63,976 nucleotides of DNA, filler included, from Olpidium bornovanus S191 (GCA_017911155.1; 27 parts of 27 records of this genome joined end to end with filler, not necessarily neighbours in it); one strand, 5' to 3'; positions 34,615 to 47,990 are shown, counted from the whole stretch's first letter. Made by a program: numbers and translations. The notes: generated by a model not told the origin, from the sequence alone.

Positions 34615-37335
34615 GGGGCTCCTTTTTCTTCGCGTGCCGACGGCTGTTCTCCTCTCTCTTTCGCTTTTGGTTGTGTGTTCCGCTGTGTTTTCGTTGCCGC
34701 GCCTGGGGAAGACAAGAAAGGGGAGAAAACGGGGCGGGGCGGGCGGGCGGGCGGGCGGGCGGGGGAGGGAGGGATAAAACGGAGGGGGAAGGGGCCGTTT
34801 GTTTTCGTTGCCCCCTGGCGCTCGTTGGAAAATTTGGGCGAAACGCCGGAATTTGTTCTTTCTTTTCTTTCCTTTTTTCCTCCTTTTTTTCGTCGCCTTG
34901 GGTTCTGCGCACCATGCGCAGAATTGCCGTTTCGTCTCTCGCGCTGCATGCCCGATGCTCCCGGTCTCAAAATTGCCCATTTGAAAAAGGGCCGCGCGCG
35001 ACCACGTTGGGGCGGCTCTGGCGTGGGCTTTTTCCCCGCGGGCTTCGGCAGCACCTCCTCCCTGCAGATATCCGGATCTGAAAAAAAAAAAAAAAATTCA
35101 AAGGTGAATCCCGGAGACCGCGTTTTCCGCAGTCTTTTGTGCCCGTTTTTCCTTCCGGGCGTCCGGGGGCCCGGCGTTTTCATTAAATGAGCAAGTAACG
35201 ACCAAAACCCCTTTCCGGCACAAAATGCGAAGGGTTAGTCGCGCCTTTCGCGCGTTCAGGGAACACAGCCCACCCCGATGAGCCCAAATGGCCAGAGAGG
35301 GGATGATCCTGATGAAGAGCGATTCAACGACGACGAAACGCATGGCCGAAAGGGTGAAGACCTGCATGCATGGCACCTGACGTAAAGAACAGACGTCGGT
35401 GTATCATTGGACAAAATATCCATCCCATTTTTGGGGGGGACACGCATCGACGAGCGTGCAACGGCGAGGAGGCGTCGCCGTCGCTCATTATACTCTGTGT
35501 ATGCAAACGGGGTGAGGATATTCACAAAACCGACCGCTCTCCCTTATCACTTTCCGTTTTTCCTTTTCCTCGTCGACGCGGCGTGACGTGCGTGCTCACG
35601 CGTCTGCCTTCGTCGGAAGGCGGCGTCAAAGCAGAACCTCTTTCTACATCCCCCGACTACGAGCCGCCAAGGCGTCGGCTACGCGACCACGCCTATACAG
35701 GACCAAGAACCTCATAGTCCCAGATAGAGGCCCCACGGAAAACCTCATCTCGATCGTGATCTCGAACAAGCTAGAATTTGCAAGTCTCCAGATAATTCCG
35801 TTCCCTGATAGCGCAGACCGCGTAACGTAACTAGACTTGTTGCATGATTCCAGGGTGCCCACCAGTTAAGAAAAAAAAAAGATAACTTATCCCAGGACCC
35901 GCGCAGAGGTTTCCAGGTTCTGACGTCACCGGCATAACTTTTACACTCCACATGCCGGTTCCGGAATAATCGGATTAATTTTTGATAGCGGCACGGAAAA
36001 ACCGCACACTGAACTTCCCTATCTCTCAGGGCCTACTAACCCATGTCCAACTTCTGTTCACATGTCCTTTCTCCACTTCAGTTTTCAAAGCTCTTATTTG
36101 AATACTTGCTACGACCACCAAGGTCTGCACTAAAGGACGTTTCACGCGGGCTCGTGCTCATTGTTTCAACAAGGCTCCGAANNNNNNNNNNNNNNNNNNN
36201 NNNNNNNNNNNNNNNNNNNNNNNNNTTAATTAATTAANNNNNNNNNNNNNNNNNNNNNNNNNNNNNNNNNNNNNNNNNNNNCCTCCTTCGTCGACTTCAT
36301 CCCCTTCCCCCAACCCCGCCCCGCCTCCCGCACCCTTCCCATGTGCCTCGCGGCCGGCTGCGCGGTAGTGGTGGTGTGGTGGTGGTGACCGCGTGCCTTT
36401 TCTTCCTCTTCCTCCGCGCCCCCCCTACCCCACATTCGCGCGCGGGCGCAGCGAGCGGGGGCAAGCCGGCGGCGATTGGACGGCGGCATCCGCTGTTCCG
36501 CGCGCGCGGGCGCGTGAACCCCTCATCCCTGTCCCGCCTCCCCCCCCGCCGATCGTCCGGCTCAATGGTCCCCCCGATGTTGTGTGCCGCCTTTTCAGCA
36601 CGGTCTACCCTCGCCTGGACTTGCTTTCGGCCCGTAGCGTCCGCGTCCGCCGTTTCTCGTTTTGCCCCCAGCTCGGTTTGCTGTGTTGCAGCGGGCCCCG
36701 CCGGCCCCGTGCAGCGCCGCGCCCAGTTTCCTTCGGTGAACACACTGCGACGCCCCTGTCGGCCGCTCCGGGCAATAACGGTGACAGCGACGGCCGCCAT
36801 CCTCTCCGGAGATTTCGTACAACATCCGCCCGCCTTTTTCGGCGCGCCGGAAAATAACGGGAAACCAACTTCAAAAAAACAAAAATAAAATGTTTGCGAA
36901 ATAATCAAAAAGCACCCCCATGCCCCCGCTTGACGGAGTTCGGTGCGCTCGGAGAGGAAACGAGCCGCAGCACCCCGTCTCCACCAGCACGGGCGCGCTC
37001 CGCGGAACAGCATGATACAGTACTAGATCTCGCCCTGCGGCAGCGCACTCGGTCGGCGGTAGTGCGCGGCGATAACTCTTGCCTGAGGCGGATGCTAACA
37101 GCACTCTCACTCAACGCGGTCGTCGTCCGACTCTGTCGATGCCCGGTTGACTTTTCCGACCAAATTGGAAGGGGAGAATTTGGCGGGGGCTGGCGGGTGA
37201 GATGCGGGGCGGGCGGGTCGTGCCATTTCAGCACGCGATTTCGGTCCTTATCTCGCCGCTTTCGGGGGACGAAAAAACAAGGAAAAAAAAAAAACCCCCC
37301 AACGAACCAGGGGCCGCCGACAAGGACGGCCGCAG

Positions 37336-38493
37336 ATGTCGCAGAAGCGGCCGCTGCACCACAACCCGCGCTTCCTCAAAGCGCCGGGCGGAGCGTGCTG
37401 CGCGCCGGCCGGCGTAAACAGCAAGGCGGGCGGCGGCGTCGCGCCGCCCTGCGGAAACGCCGAGCACGCCGCCCTCCGTCTCCTCGGGGACACGCCCATG
37501 ACGCCGGCCGACTGCCCCGAGGACGCGGCGTTCTCGGGGCTGGGCGGCGGTCCCGAACGCCCCCGCGCGCCCGACGCGTGCGCCGGACAACGATGCTGCG
37601 ACTGCGTGAACCCGAGTCGGGAATCGCGGATTGGAAACGTTCCGGGAAGACCCTGGCTGGTGCTGAAGTTCGGCGGCACAAGCGTCGGCAAGTTTCTGGA
37701 CAGCATCGGCGAACCGATCGTCAAGTACGAACTTTTTTTTTTCTTCCTTTTCTTGGTTGGCTGTTTCAAGCGGTCACCAGGGTAGGATGTGCCGACTGAG
37801 CAGAAAAGCAGCTTGGGGGCTGAAAGGATGTATGGCTGCCCCGGTACTTTCACGCATCGCGCAGGGATTTGCTAGAGACCCACAGGGTCGCCGTCGTCTG
37901 CTCCGCGCGAAGCTCCGACACGAAATCTCAAGGCACCACGAGCAGGTATAGGCGACCGGGAAGCGTGCCGGCTTACGGCTGAGTGGCGTCGGCGTTGGGT
38001 TGCTTTTTATACAGCTGCCATCTCGTTGAATAGTAATTCACCCTGCGATGGCGATTTGCTTCTTCAGACTGCTGCGGGCCGCAACCGAAGCGCTCGTCCC
38101 TGGGTCTAAGGATTATTTGGACATCGTCGATAGTATTGCACAAGATCACTTGGTGGCCGCCCGCCTTCATATACGAAATCTCCTGTTGTTAGATGAGGCA
38201 GAGAAGCACGTTAACCAGGAGTGCGATATACTGAAGAGGTTCCTGGGCGCCGCCGAGGTGTGTGTCGAGATGTGGAAACCCAGCGGCGCCCGTGTCGTTC
38301 TTGCCAGGTAAGGTGAACTCCGTGCGTGTCAAATCGCGTAGATCATCGACGAGGTATCGCCGCGGTCGAGAGACATGATTATTTCTGTCGGGGAGAAGCT
38401 TTCGTGTCGTTTGGTGGCTGCTGTTCTGGCGGACCGCGGCGTACTGTCCGAGTACGTTTCTCTGGAAAACATCGTCCAGCGGTCCTGGGACGA
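37336..38493 (+). CDS. HOM3: Aspartate kinase, spliced, 3' partial
   Basis: WLVLKFGGTSVGKF, RVAVVCSARS..TK.QGTTS|RLLRAA, SPRSRDMIISVGEKLSCRLVAAVL. Confidence 0.96.
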
Positions 38494-38964
38494 NNNNNNN
38501 NNNNNNNNNNNNNNNNNNNNNNNNNNNNNNNNNNNNNTTAATTAATTAANNNNNNNNNNNNNNNNNNNNNNNNNNNNNNNNNNNNNNNNNNNNCCCCCCC
38601 CCCCCCCCCCCCCCACACACACTGCGCAGTACCGCGTTGCACAACGAGCGGTGCGTTCGCCGTCGTCGTTCGTCCGTTTGCTGCCGTTAAGCTCACCCGG
38701 AGACGGCCGCCACGGTCGCTCGTTGCGTCCTCCGCCGCCCCGTCGCCTCGGCGTCTCCCGCCCGCCGCCTCTCGCTGCCCACGTGGGAAGGCTCGTTTTT
38801 CACGCTTCCCGCCGCCCCTTCGGGAAAAGGCAAACCGCAAACAGGTGCCGTGAGGCAACTGAATCAGCACGACGCACACATCCTCCCCTTCCTATCCCCG
38901 CCTCCCCTCCCCCCCCCCGCGTCCGTCGTCGTTTGAGAGAAGTTCCCACCCCGCGGCGCCCGGT

Positions 38965-39951
38965 ATGGCAGCCCGTGCGTCGACTTCCTCGCCGCTGGTT
39001 TCCCCGGTCCTGGTGTCGGCCGGCGACGTCTGCACCTGCTCCATCGCGACGGCACCCAGCGGACGGAGGAAGAACGCCATGAGGGAGCGGGCCGGCCGCG
39101 GGCGCTTTGGAGAACGAAGCGACTGCGGAAACGGAGTCGTCTGCCGGGTACACGCCTCTGGGAGGCAATCCGAATTGTCCAGCCCGCCGCCGTTTCCTTG
39201 GGACGGCCCGTTGCTGGACCTTTCCGGCGGCGGGAGCGCTGAGCTTTGGGAAAGGATTCTCGCCGGATACGAGACCCCGTTATCTCCCGCGGAGGCAGCC
39301 GCGGACGGCCGCCCGGGCTGCGAAGCCGTTCGCCGTGCGCGAGGTTCGAAAGTTGCTGCCCGCGTGACGAGCTCAACTGACAGTGAACACGACGGGTGCG
39401 GAGGTGCAGGAAGCTCTCGGGAAGACGACGGGGTGCTCCTGGGAGACTGGGACGAAGACGTCGAGTCCTGGGACGACTTGGGCACGGAGAACTCAGATCG
39501 GGACCTGCACCGCGCGGCGCAGAGCCTTGCGGCAAGCCCTTCTACCAAGATCAAGACGCCCGGGGCGGCGGCTGTTGCGGACGTCTCGCCGGCGGGATCC
39601 GTTCTTTCGCCGATCCGCCGGGCGGTCGCGGACCCTCTTCCTCCGCTCCCGGCCCATACTCTCGAGGAGCACGAAGAGCTGCTGCCTTCACCGTTCCTTG
39701 CTGACAACGTTGACGCGCAGGAGCTAAAGGACGCTATGAAGGCGCTGGAGCAGAGGCGGGAGGCGGAGGCGAGGGGCAGCGGCGACGGCGACTGCGGCGC
39801 CCCTGAACCGCAGGACGACGCGAACGCCGACGCGGGAGATCCTCCTCCCGCCACCATGGGCGGCGACGTCGACGATAACCTCGCCAGGATGTTCCACGAA
39901 TGCGTCAACATCTCGGCGGACGGGCGCATGGCGGAATCGCGGTCGTGCTGA
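38965..39951 (+). CDS. Hypothetical acidic low-complexity protein
   Basis: 328-aa frame with protein-like segments (LKDAMKALEQRREAE; VDDNLARMFHECVNIS). No family recognised. Confidence 0.45.
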   Translation: MAARASTSSPLVSPVLVSAGDVCTCSIATAPSGRRKNAMRERAGRGRFGERSDCGNGVVCRVHASGRQSELSSPPPFPWDGPLLDLSGGGSAELWERILAGYETPLSPAEAAADGRPGCEAVRRARGSKVAARVTSSTDSEHDGCGGAGSSREDDGVLLGDWDEDVESWDDLGTENSDRDLHRAAQSLAASPSTKIKTPGAAAVADVSPAGSVLSPIRRAVADPLPPLPAHTLEEHEELLPSPFLADNVDAQELKDAMKALEQRREAEARGSGDGDCGAPEPQDDANADAGDPPPATMGGDVDDNLARMFHECVNISADGRMAESRSC

Positions 39952-40707
39952 CGGACGATGGCGGTTAAAATACGTTTAGCGCTTTTCTCCGGCTCCAGTA
40001 GTGTACGCCGTCAGCGTCGGCGTTTCTGGAGCCACCCCATCTTTCTCCTGCATGTCAAGCGCATCTCACACATATACCCTGTGATTTTTCGTTGACTCCA
40101 GCCTGATATCTCTCGCCGCATGCAGACCAACGCAAGGTTGCAGTTGCTTGGCAGCTCATCTTGTGAAACCGTATCCTTGCTTATTAGCTTCCCTCCTTAT
40201 GATCCCTGCCGTGGCGCAGAGTGGCCTCTTAGCAATCCTGTAATTCCTCCACCTTCGCCAAAACAACCTCTTTGGGATGGCCATGCTGGAGGGAATAGGA
40301 GCGGCGAAATTTGCCTGTCATCGGAAGGACGTCCAAGTGTCGTTGCAGTTGAAGACAAAAACCAACACCGGATGTGGCGCACCCTTTGTCAGTTTCGGGA
40401 AGTACGGTGATTGCGGCGACACGCATGCGCTCTGAAGCATCCCTGTGCTCGAGTTCCCTGGGATAATCTCCGCACTTCGGTGAACTTTTGCTCCCGCAGA
40501 GATAACGCCAGAGTTCCACGTTCCATCCCGACTGAATCTTGCAGTGGATTTTGCAGCGAACTTTTGCGGCGAATCCTGATCCTGCGGTGAATCGTGCGCG
40601 CCGGGGGNNNNNNNNNNNNNNNNNNNNNNNNNNNNNNNNNNNNNNNNNNNNTTAATTAATTAANNNNNNNNNNNNNNNNNNNNNNNNNNNNNNNNNNNNN
40701 NNNNNNN

Positions 40708-41350
40708 CATGGTCGACGCTACTGTGGTAGCACCGGTTATACCCTAGAAAGTCAAACATAATTTGGAAATCGAAACACCCCAGGGCAACGCCGTACAGGC
40801 GTTTTTCCCCATCTGGCGAGAACAATTGACTGTTTTTTTTTCGTGCCTGGGAGACAACGGCAGCAAGGTCCCGACGCGAAGTTTTCCGGGCGTTTTTGCC
40901 CAGTTTCCCTAATTTCTCCAACAGATCGGGTGTTAATCCTAAACGCGAAAGATGCCGGGGAAGAGGTGAGGGGGGTTTAGCTGGTGCTGCCCTTCTTCTG
41001 TGGGTAGTCTGAAAACCCCGAGCGAGGGCGCAAAAAGGCGACGTTGCTTACCGACGTGAATTTTGCCGTCCAGGACAGCGACGGTCGCAGGGACGCCGCC
41101 GCCTTCCCTTATGGTTTCCTCGACCTTGACTGCCGTTTCGACGTTTTCGGGAAACGGCATCCCGTGCGATATGATGGTCGACCTGTTTTTTGGCGCGGTC
41201 ACGGGGTCACGCGCACGGAGGTGGCGGGGTCACTCGCACGGACTCCCCTCCGGCCAACCCACCAACGCGGTCGTCCGGGGACACGGGGGCGGCAACCTAC
41301 TCCAAGGCGACCACGGAGGCCGCTCTCCGGTTCTCGAACGCGTCCGCCAC
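40708..41350 (-). CDS. psuG: Pseudouridine-5'-phosphate glycosidase (PsuG/IndA), spliced, partial
   Basis: VVALE|STIISHGMPFPENVETA, GVPATVAVLDGKIHVG, ARKTSRRDLAAVVSQ, GITGATTVASTM. Confidence 0.95.
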
Positions 41351-41411
41351 CTGCGGAGGCAAAAACAGCAGAAATGGAGAGAAGAGTAAGAGGAACGCCA
41401 ACTTCACGGGT

Positions 41412-41445
<34 letters not shown>

Positions 41446-41803
41446 TTTTTTTTTTTTTTCTTTCGCGGACGGACCTCGGGGCTGAAACAAAAGCGGTCGC
41501 CGCATCGATAATGACGCCGCGCGGCGGCGGGCGCCCTCCGCGGAAAGAGCGACGGGCGCGCGACCGCGGGCGCGGTACGGCGAGGGGCGGCCGGCGGGCG
41601 GAAGCACCACCAGCGGCGCAAAACTCCGGCGGCTCCCACGCCCGCGCCGCGCCGCGCGGCCCAGCAAGACGACGCCATTTGTTCCGGGACCGGGCGGCGC
41701 CGGGGCGGCCTCGCTCTCTCGCCGGGCGGGACCGAACAGAGAAAGGGTGTGCGCGCCACGCGTGGCGGGCGGGGTGGCGTGGCGGAGAACGGAGAAAACG
41801 CGT

Positions 41804-41911
<108 letters not shown>

Positions 41912-42795
41912 AAAAACANNNNNNNNNNNNNNNNNNNNNNNNNNNNNNNNNNNNNNNNNNNNTTAATTAATTAANNNNNNNNNNNNNNNNNNNNNNNNNN
42001 NNNNNNNNNNNNNNNNNNCATGAAGAGAGCAACCAGATAAAATGCTTTCCCTCCCACCTTGCCCTTGAATTCAAAGTCTTGGAGGAGAAAGCTTTATTGC
42101 GCAACTTGTTTCTCTCAAGTATCGCGTTCTATGCAAAGCATCCCGCTTCGATAAAATATCCTTCGTCGTAATAACGGAGTGCCGGCGGAATTGATTCCAC
42201 GACTGATGTTTCGGAGCTGTCTGAAAACAGAAGGGTCTCTTTTCGGTTCGGCTGGATGGCGGCTGGGGGCATAACGCGTCCGCTTTTCTTTTTTTTTTTT
42301 TTTTTTTTTTTTTGATGGGAATTCTCTTGCGGTAATTCCTTTTATTTTATTTTTTCCTTTTGCGAAATTCATTGTACGGTTATCGCCAATCTCACCGCAA
42401 CTGCTTCTTATAGCGAGAAGTATTATTAGGCAGATCCACCGCCCTTCACTTCTCCTCCTGCGCGCGTTTAGGATCTTCAATTCCTGTGCAAGAGGAAAAT
42501 CTTCGGATTTCGACGGCCGGGACACGGCCGTGCGAACCGCGTTTTGGCCGAACACTTTGGGAGGGGGGGGAGGGGGGTTGCATGTCGCGCTCGCGGTGCA
42601 TGGCGTTTTGCGCGTAAACTGGATCTCTCGTCTTTATTGAATTCTTTGGCGGGGCGGGCGAGGTGGGGCGGAGAGGTGGGCGGAGAAAGACAGCAAAAAG
42701 CAGGAGGAACGAACGCCCGCTTTCCCCGTTTGCCCCGCCGGACAAGAAGCCAAAAAAGAAAAGAGAGGAAGAAAAAAAAAAAGAAAAAAGAAAAA

Positions 42796-44727
42796 ATGTC
42801 GACCCGCCAAGCCGGAACGTGCCACGCCCAGACCCTGCAGGCCGTCTGCTTGCCGCCCGACGTGCTGCGCTCTTGCCTTGCCCACGCCTTCTCCACCGAG
42901 AAGGTGAGGGACGGGAAGCACCCGGGCGCCGCCCTGGCGTGGCCCCCCGTGGCGTCTTTCACTCACTGCCGCTCGTCGATCGTGCCCTCTGTTGCGGGCC
43001 GTCGCCTTCCCCACACCCCGGGAAGGAGGAGGTCATGGGCATGCTGCTCGGCGACTGGAAGGTACTGTCCGTTAACCAGCGAGCTCGGCGCTGCGGCGTC
43101 GCCCGTCAGCGCTTACGCCAGCCCGGCGACGGCTGGTAAAAGATAGGTTTCGAACTGAACTCGCGACCGGCCAACCACAAAACTTTCTCCCCTCCCTGGC
43201 AGCAAGACGATCGCGGCCGCGAGTGCGCTTTCGTCGCGGGAACGTCCCTGCTGACGCGGTCGGACAAGAGGAAAGACCGCGTCGAGATCGCTCCAGGTAG
43301 GGATCGGCCTGTGTGTGCGTGCGCGTGCGTGCGCGTCTGTGTCTGGGCCCTTCCGGGAGAATTCCCTGCGGGCGAGTATCGTCTCCCGTTACGCGGTTTG
43401 TCTGAAACTCCCGTTGCCGTTTCTGCCAACGTCTTTGCCACAAAAAAAAAAAAAAAAAAAAAAAAAAGAGCAACTTCACTTGGCCGTGACCGCGGCGGAA
43501 GTAAGCGCCCCGCCGCCGTTGCTTGCCGCCAAAGCTCGACGGCGCCTCGCGTCAAGCTGAAATGCGCGGCCTCCGCGCAGAAACTCGAACGGGATACGGG
43601 GAAGGTTGCACGTGTTGTGGGCTGGGTGCGTTTACCGTCGGGTCTCGAAGTTACGACGGGGAAAGTTTTCCTTTGGTGGCCGGATCCCTAACAGTGCGCC
43701 CGACGGGCGGCGCCTCGCAGTATCACAGGTGCCGAAAATTCGCGCGCGGTTTTTTGTGTCCCGTTGCGACGAGATAAGCGTGTGATTGTAAAAGGAGCCG
43801 TGAATGTTGTTGATGGTTGAATCCGAACGCCGGGGCCCTTCTTTCGGTTTTTTTTCTCCCCGCCGTGATGCTTGACCCGTCATTCCCGGGGGATAGTCAT
43901 CCACACATTACCGTGTTTCCGTCGCACGTCGGTAAGACGTGACCTTCACCTCGCCCGCGGCCTGCTTGGCAAACCTTGCGGACATGGCTGTACCATCTTA
44001 CTTGTAAATCCTTAGACCTTCGGACGCAGTATTCGCAGCAGGTGATGGATCCGCGGTTTGTCGGCCTTATTGTTTCGTGCTTCAACGCAAGCCCGGATCT
44101 GGTACGGATCTCCACGATCCCCCCTCGCATAAGCCGTTTCCCGGTTGCTGCGCGCAAAATCCGGCTCTGACGCTCCGCAACACCTCGAACGGGCAGTCGC
44201 ATCAAGTGCTGGTCACATGCTTTCAAGCGCGACATCAAGAGGACGGCCGGTTTGTCGCAGCAGGCGGTTGAACATTGGGACGACGGCGCGCCTTGTCGGC
44301 CGACTTCTTTTTTCTGTCCTTCGATTATCCAGGCTGTTTCACGTTCAAATCCCGCTGATGTGCCCGCCGCGGGCTTTCCTGAGTCGATCTTCGCTTGAAA
44401 CGCTGGTGTCCCTACCGCGGAAAATTCACGAAGAGCAGCAGGGCCAGCTCGCGCGGTCGCTGTCTGCGGCTGCGGACCCGCCGGGCGGCCCACCTCAAGC
44501 GAGCGGTTTTCTCGTGGACGTCTGCGACTCGCAGTGCGCGGCGGCGCCGTTGTCGGCGGGGCCCGCTTCGGCGGCGGGCGGTGATTGGTCGGGATCGGTA
44601 GGGTACGCCGCGCTTGGCATGCGCAACGGGACGCTGTTCTGCCGCAGCGTTGTGGAGCTCGTCGACAAGGTCGTCGGGCCGGCGGTCAAGGAGATGGACG
44701 AGCGGCACCGGAGAAACCTTGCGAAGG
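42796..44727 (+). CDS. BRCC3: Lys63-specific JAMM deubiquitinase BRCC36-like, many short exons, 3' end unresolved
   Basis: CLAHAFSTEK|EEVMGMLLG, LTRSDKRKDRVEIAPEQL, VVGW|YHS|HPHITVFPSHV|DLRTQ..QVMDPRFVGLIVSCF, QVLVTCFQ. These match BRCC36 signature motifs. Confidence 0.92.
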
Positions 44728-45441
44728 TGAGGTGCACACCTCCCCCAATACAATCGAACCGCGGATTTTTAGGGCGGGCCGGACTTTGGATTGATTCGAA
44801 CCCGGCGCGCGTTTCCACTATTCCCGGAACAGGGGGCGCCCGGCGGTCCGGGGTTTCCCCTCTCCACTCACCGGGTTTTCGGGGTGGGGGGGATCTTTTG
44901 CTTTTTTTTTGTTTTTTGCTTCCCCGCCGGTTACCGTCACCAAGATCGAGCGTCTCAAGCGGGAAAAGGCGGAACTCCTCGACGCGACGTTGTTCCGTAC
45001 GTAGTATCAACCCTAACATTCCCCGTGCCAATTCAAAAAGAAAGGAAAGGGGTCCTACCCCTTTTTCTCTCCCCCCCGTTTCTACCGCCCTCCCGCAGAG
45101 TGGGGGGAAGAGAGAGAGAGAGAGATTACGGCGTGGGCGACGGCTTGCGGTGATTGATCATCCGTTTCTGGACAGCAGGGCGGAAAGCCCCTGGTCTAGT
45201 GCCTCTGGTCGAGTTTACCCGCCGGTTCTGGTCTGCAGGCCCGGTTGTCCACGCATCCGTGTCTCTCTCCAAGCCAAGGCGGCCCATTCAGCGGCCGCCT
45301 GTGCGGCTTCGGCAGCCCGGCAAAGCGCGCACTATTTCTGTGTGTAGAGCTTACGTCGCATTCTGACGATGTGATGTTCCGACCACGTGGCGGCGACGCG
45401 AGTGCCGGTGCGCGTGCGCGACAGCGGCGGGGCCGCCCCCC

Positions 45442-45475
<34 letters not shown>

Positions 45476-46379
45476 NNNNNNNNNNNNNNNNNNNNNNNNN
45501 NNNNNNNNNNNNNNNNNNNTTAATTAATTAANNNNNNNNNNNNNNNNNNNNNNNNNNNNNNNNNNNNNNNNNNNNCATGCTGTTTATGGATACGCTGAAA
45601 ACCGGCACATTCATTGGTAAGCAGACAGGGCGTTGTACGCTCAGGCAGTGGAACAAATGAGCGCCGCACCAGGCCGTACCGCTCGGCAACAGGTGTCGTA
45701 AATCAGGATCAGACTTTGTTGCGCGGTGCAGCGTTTTGGTGGGTTGGTAAAAATACGTTCTTTTGGATACGGCGGGTAACCGAACAAAATACTCTAAGGA
45801 CGCGATGCCGCTTCGGCGCAAAATACAGTTAGCCAGGCTGACAATCTGGCTCCCTGTGATTTCGTGCAGATACAACCAGATGGAACAACAGCGTATGGGA
45901 CGTTGCTATACGCTTTGCGCAAGAGAGAATGCGTACCAATCAGAAACTCGTTCGTTTGCTCGCTGATCGGGACGGAGCAGCGGCCTGAACAACAAATCGG
46001 TTTCTTTCTCTTTTAGATTATATAGATGGCAATCCGATGCCAAATTCCGCTAGCCTTTTAGAGGGCAGCATTTTTCCTTGAGCCCACGAAACTGTGCGTC
46101 TTAGATTCTCCTACAAGAAAACCCTGACAGCTTTTACCCGCCCCTGTAGGAAAAGGGGGGGGCGCAGCCAGGGGGCAGCACGGATAGAGCTCCTACACGA
46201 ATTACTTCCCCCTTTCCCCCTTTCGTAGAATCCGCACGGAATTCCAACGTAAATAGGCGCGGAATCCGTAGAATCAAAACACCGCGAAGAAACAGAACAG
46301 TATTCTCCTCTTCCAAATCCTTGCGTGGCTCCCTTGGATTTCCCGGGGTCTCCTACGGAGGGCATATTTTACCACAGGT

Positions 46380-46758
46380 TATGAGCCCAAACCGCAGACT
46401 CCCCATCAAAAAAGCAAACGCAAACTTTCTACTCCCCGTACGTGGACGCGGAACCATGGAAAGACGTGGAACCATGGAAGAGCGCCCGCAACTCAGCATA
46501 AGTGAAGTGCTGGGAGAAGGAGGACGACGGCACCCACACAGCATGCCGGGAGCCCTCCAAACGGCAGAAGCAGAAGAGAACACGGCGTACACTTACTACG
46601 CCACGACTGAAAGAGGAAGAACCCCAACGCGGGACGCCATGATGCCCGGTGCCCACGGACGAAGTGGATCCAGAGACTCCGCCTTCTCGTGGAACTCCAG
46701 AACGTCAAGGCTGTCTACGTACTCGCAAAGAATCGTGGACTCTGTGCTCCTTCAAAGG
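46380..46758 (+). CDS. Possible 5' exon of an unknown gene
   Basis: Open frame running to the contig end with Ser/Arg-rich fungal-type N-terminal sequence. Not identified. Confidence 0.3.
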
Positions 46759-46858
46759 NNNNNNNNNNNNNNNNNNNNNNNNNNNNNNNNNNNNNNNNNN
46801 NNTTAATTAATTAANNNNNNNNNNNNNNNNNNNNNNNNNNNNNNNNNNNNNNNNNNNN

Positions 46859-47786
46859 ATGGAAACAAAGATTTTTGCGCCTTGTCAGCGAAAAATCTGC
46901 TGACTCTGCTGCCCCGGAAAACCCGTCACCCACGCAGTTTTATTGCGACGTCGTCGATGACCCCTTCGTCTTCATGAAACGGACTGGAAAAAAGTACGGA
47001 TTCACTATTTCGCTCCTGGAGTTTTCGAAAACGGTGAGCGAAAAGGCGCTCTTATCCGCGGGGACGGCCAGAAGTTTATTTCCGTAATCGAACCCCCCTG
47101 GCCGGCGGGCATAACGGGCTTCTGCATCTTCTGCTGGCAGATTCCAACATTGTGGAAGTCAACGAAGGAGTTCATTGCAATGCATCCCGAGCACATCGCA
47201 GAAGACAACGCCCTCGAATTTATCTCGAACGATGGCGGCGAGTCGTACAACCTCTGCCACTTCTGGAGCAACTTCGAGATTGCCTCCCTCGACTTCTGGC
47301 GGTCGAAGGCGTACATGAGCTATTTCGGTAAGCGCGCAATCACCCCGAAATGGAATTGACATACTTGCTCTTCCACTCGACTGAATTATTGCGTTGGGCA
47401 GAACACCTTGACAAGCTGGGGGGATTCTTTTACGAGCGGTGGGGTGACGCGCCCGTCCACTCCATCGCCGCCGCGCTGTTCCTGAAAAAGGATGACATAC
47501 ATTTTGTACGTAGGCATTTTCTGACGGAAGCGGAAACACGGAATCGGGGCGAAGATCCTCCTGACTCGCGCTTCGCGCCGCCGTTTGATCGCGTTTCATC
47601 AAGTTCAACGATATCGGATATATGGTAGAGGCCCTGCTGTCGCCCCCCCTTCCCCCTCTCTTGGCCACGTGCGCCGTGATTCTGCACATCGAAGTCTGAA
47701 CTCCTGCAACTGCTTTTTTCGCCACCCCCCGCCAGCACAACCCGTTCCACCACTGCCCGGAGGAAAAAGAGCTCCAACGCCGATGC
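46859..47786 (+). CDS. GT15 alpha-1,2-mannosyltransferase (KRE2/MNT1/KTR family), spliced, partial
   Basis: [85 protein letters not shown] (21-nt exon 47604-47624), HNPFHHCP. Confidence 0.96.
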
Positions 47787-47854
47787 GTAAGCGAACCGAT
47801 GCAAGGGTCTTCCCTTTTCTCGAGGGAGATTACAATCGCTGACAGCAATTTGTC

Positions 47855-47959
47855 CTCTCTCTCTCTCGCTCTCTCTCTCTCGCTTTCTCTCTCTCGCTCT
47901 CTCTCTCTCGCTTTCTCTCTCTCGCTCTCTCTCCCTCCCTCCCTCCCTCCCTCTCCCTC

Positions 47960-47990
<31 letters not shown>

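Noticed and set aside
40171-40180. GTATCCTT and ATATCCTT (~42157) resembling U12 5' splice sites
   Set aside because: No matching TCCTTAAC branch site or exon context was found; expected by chance.
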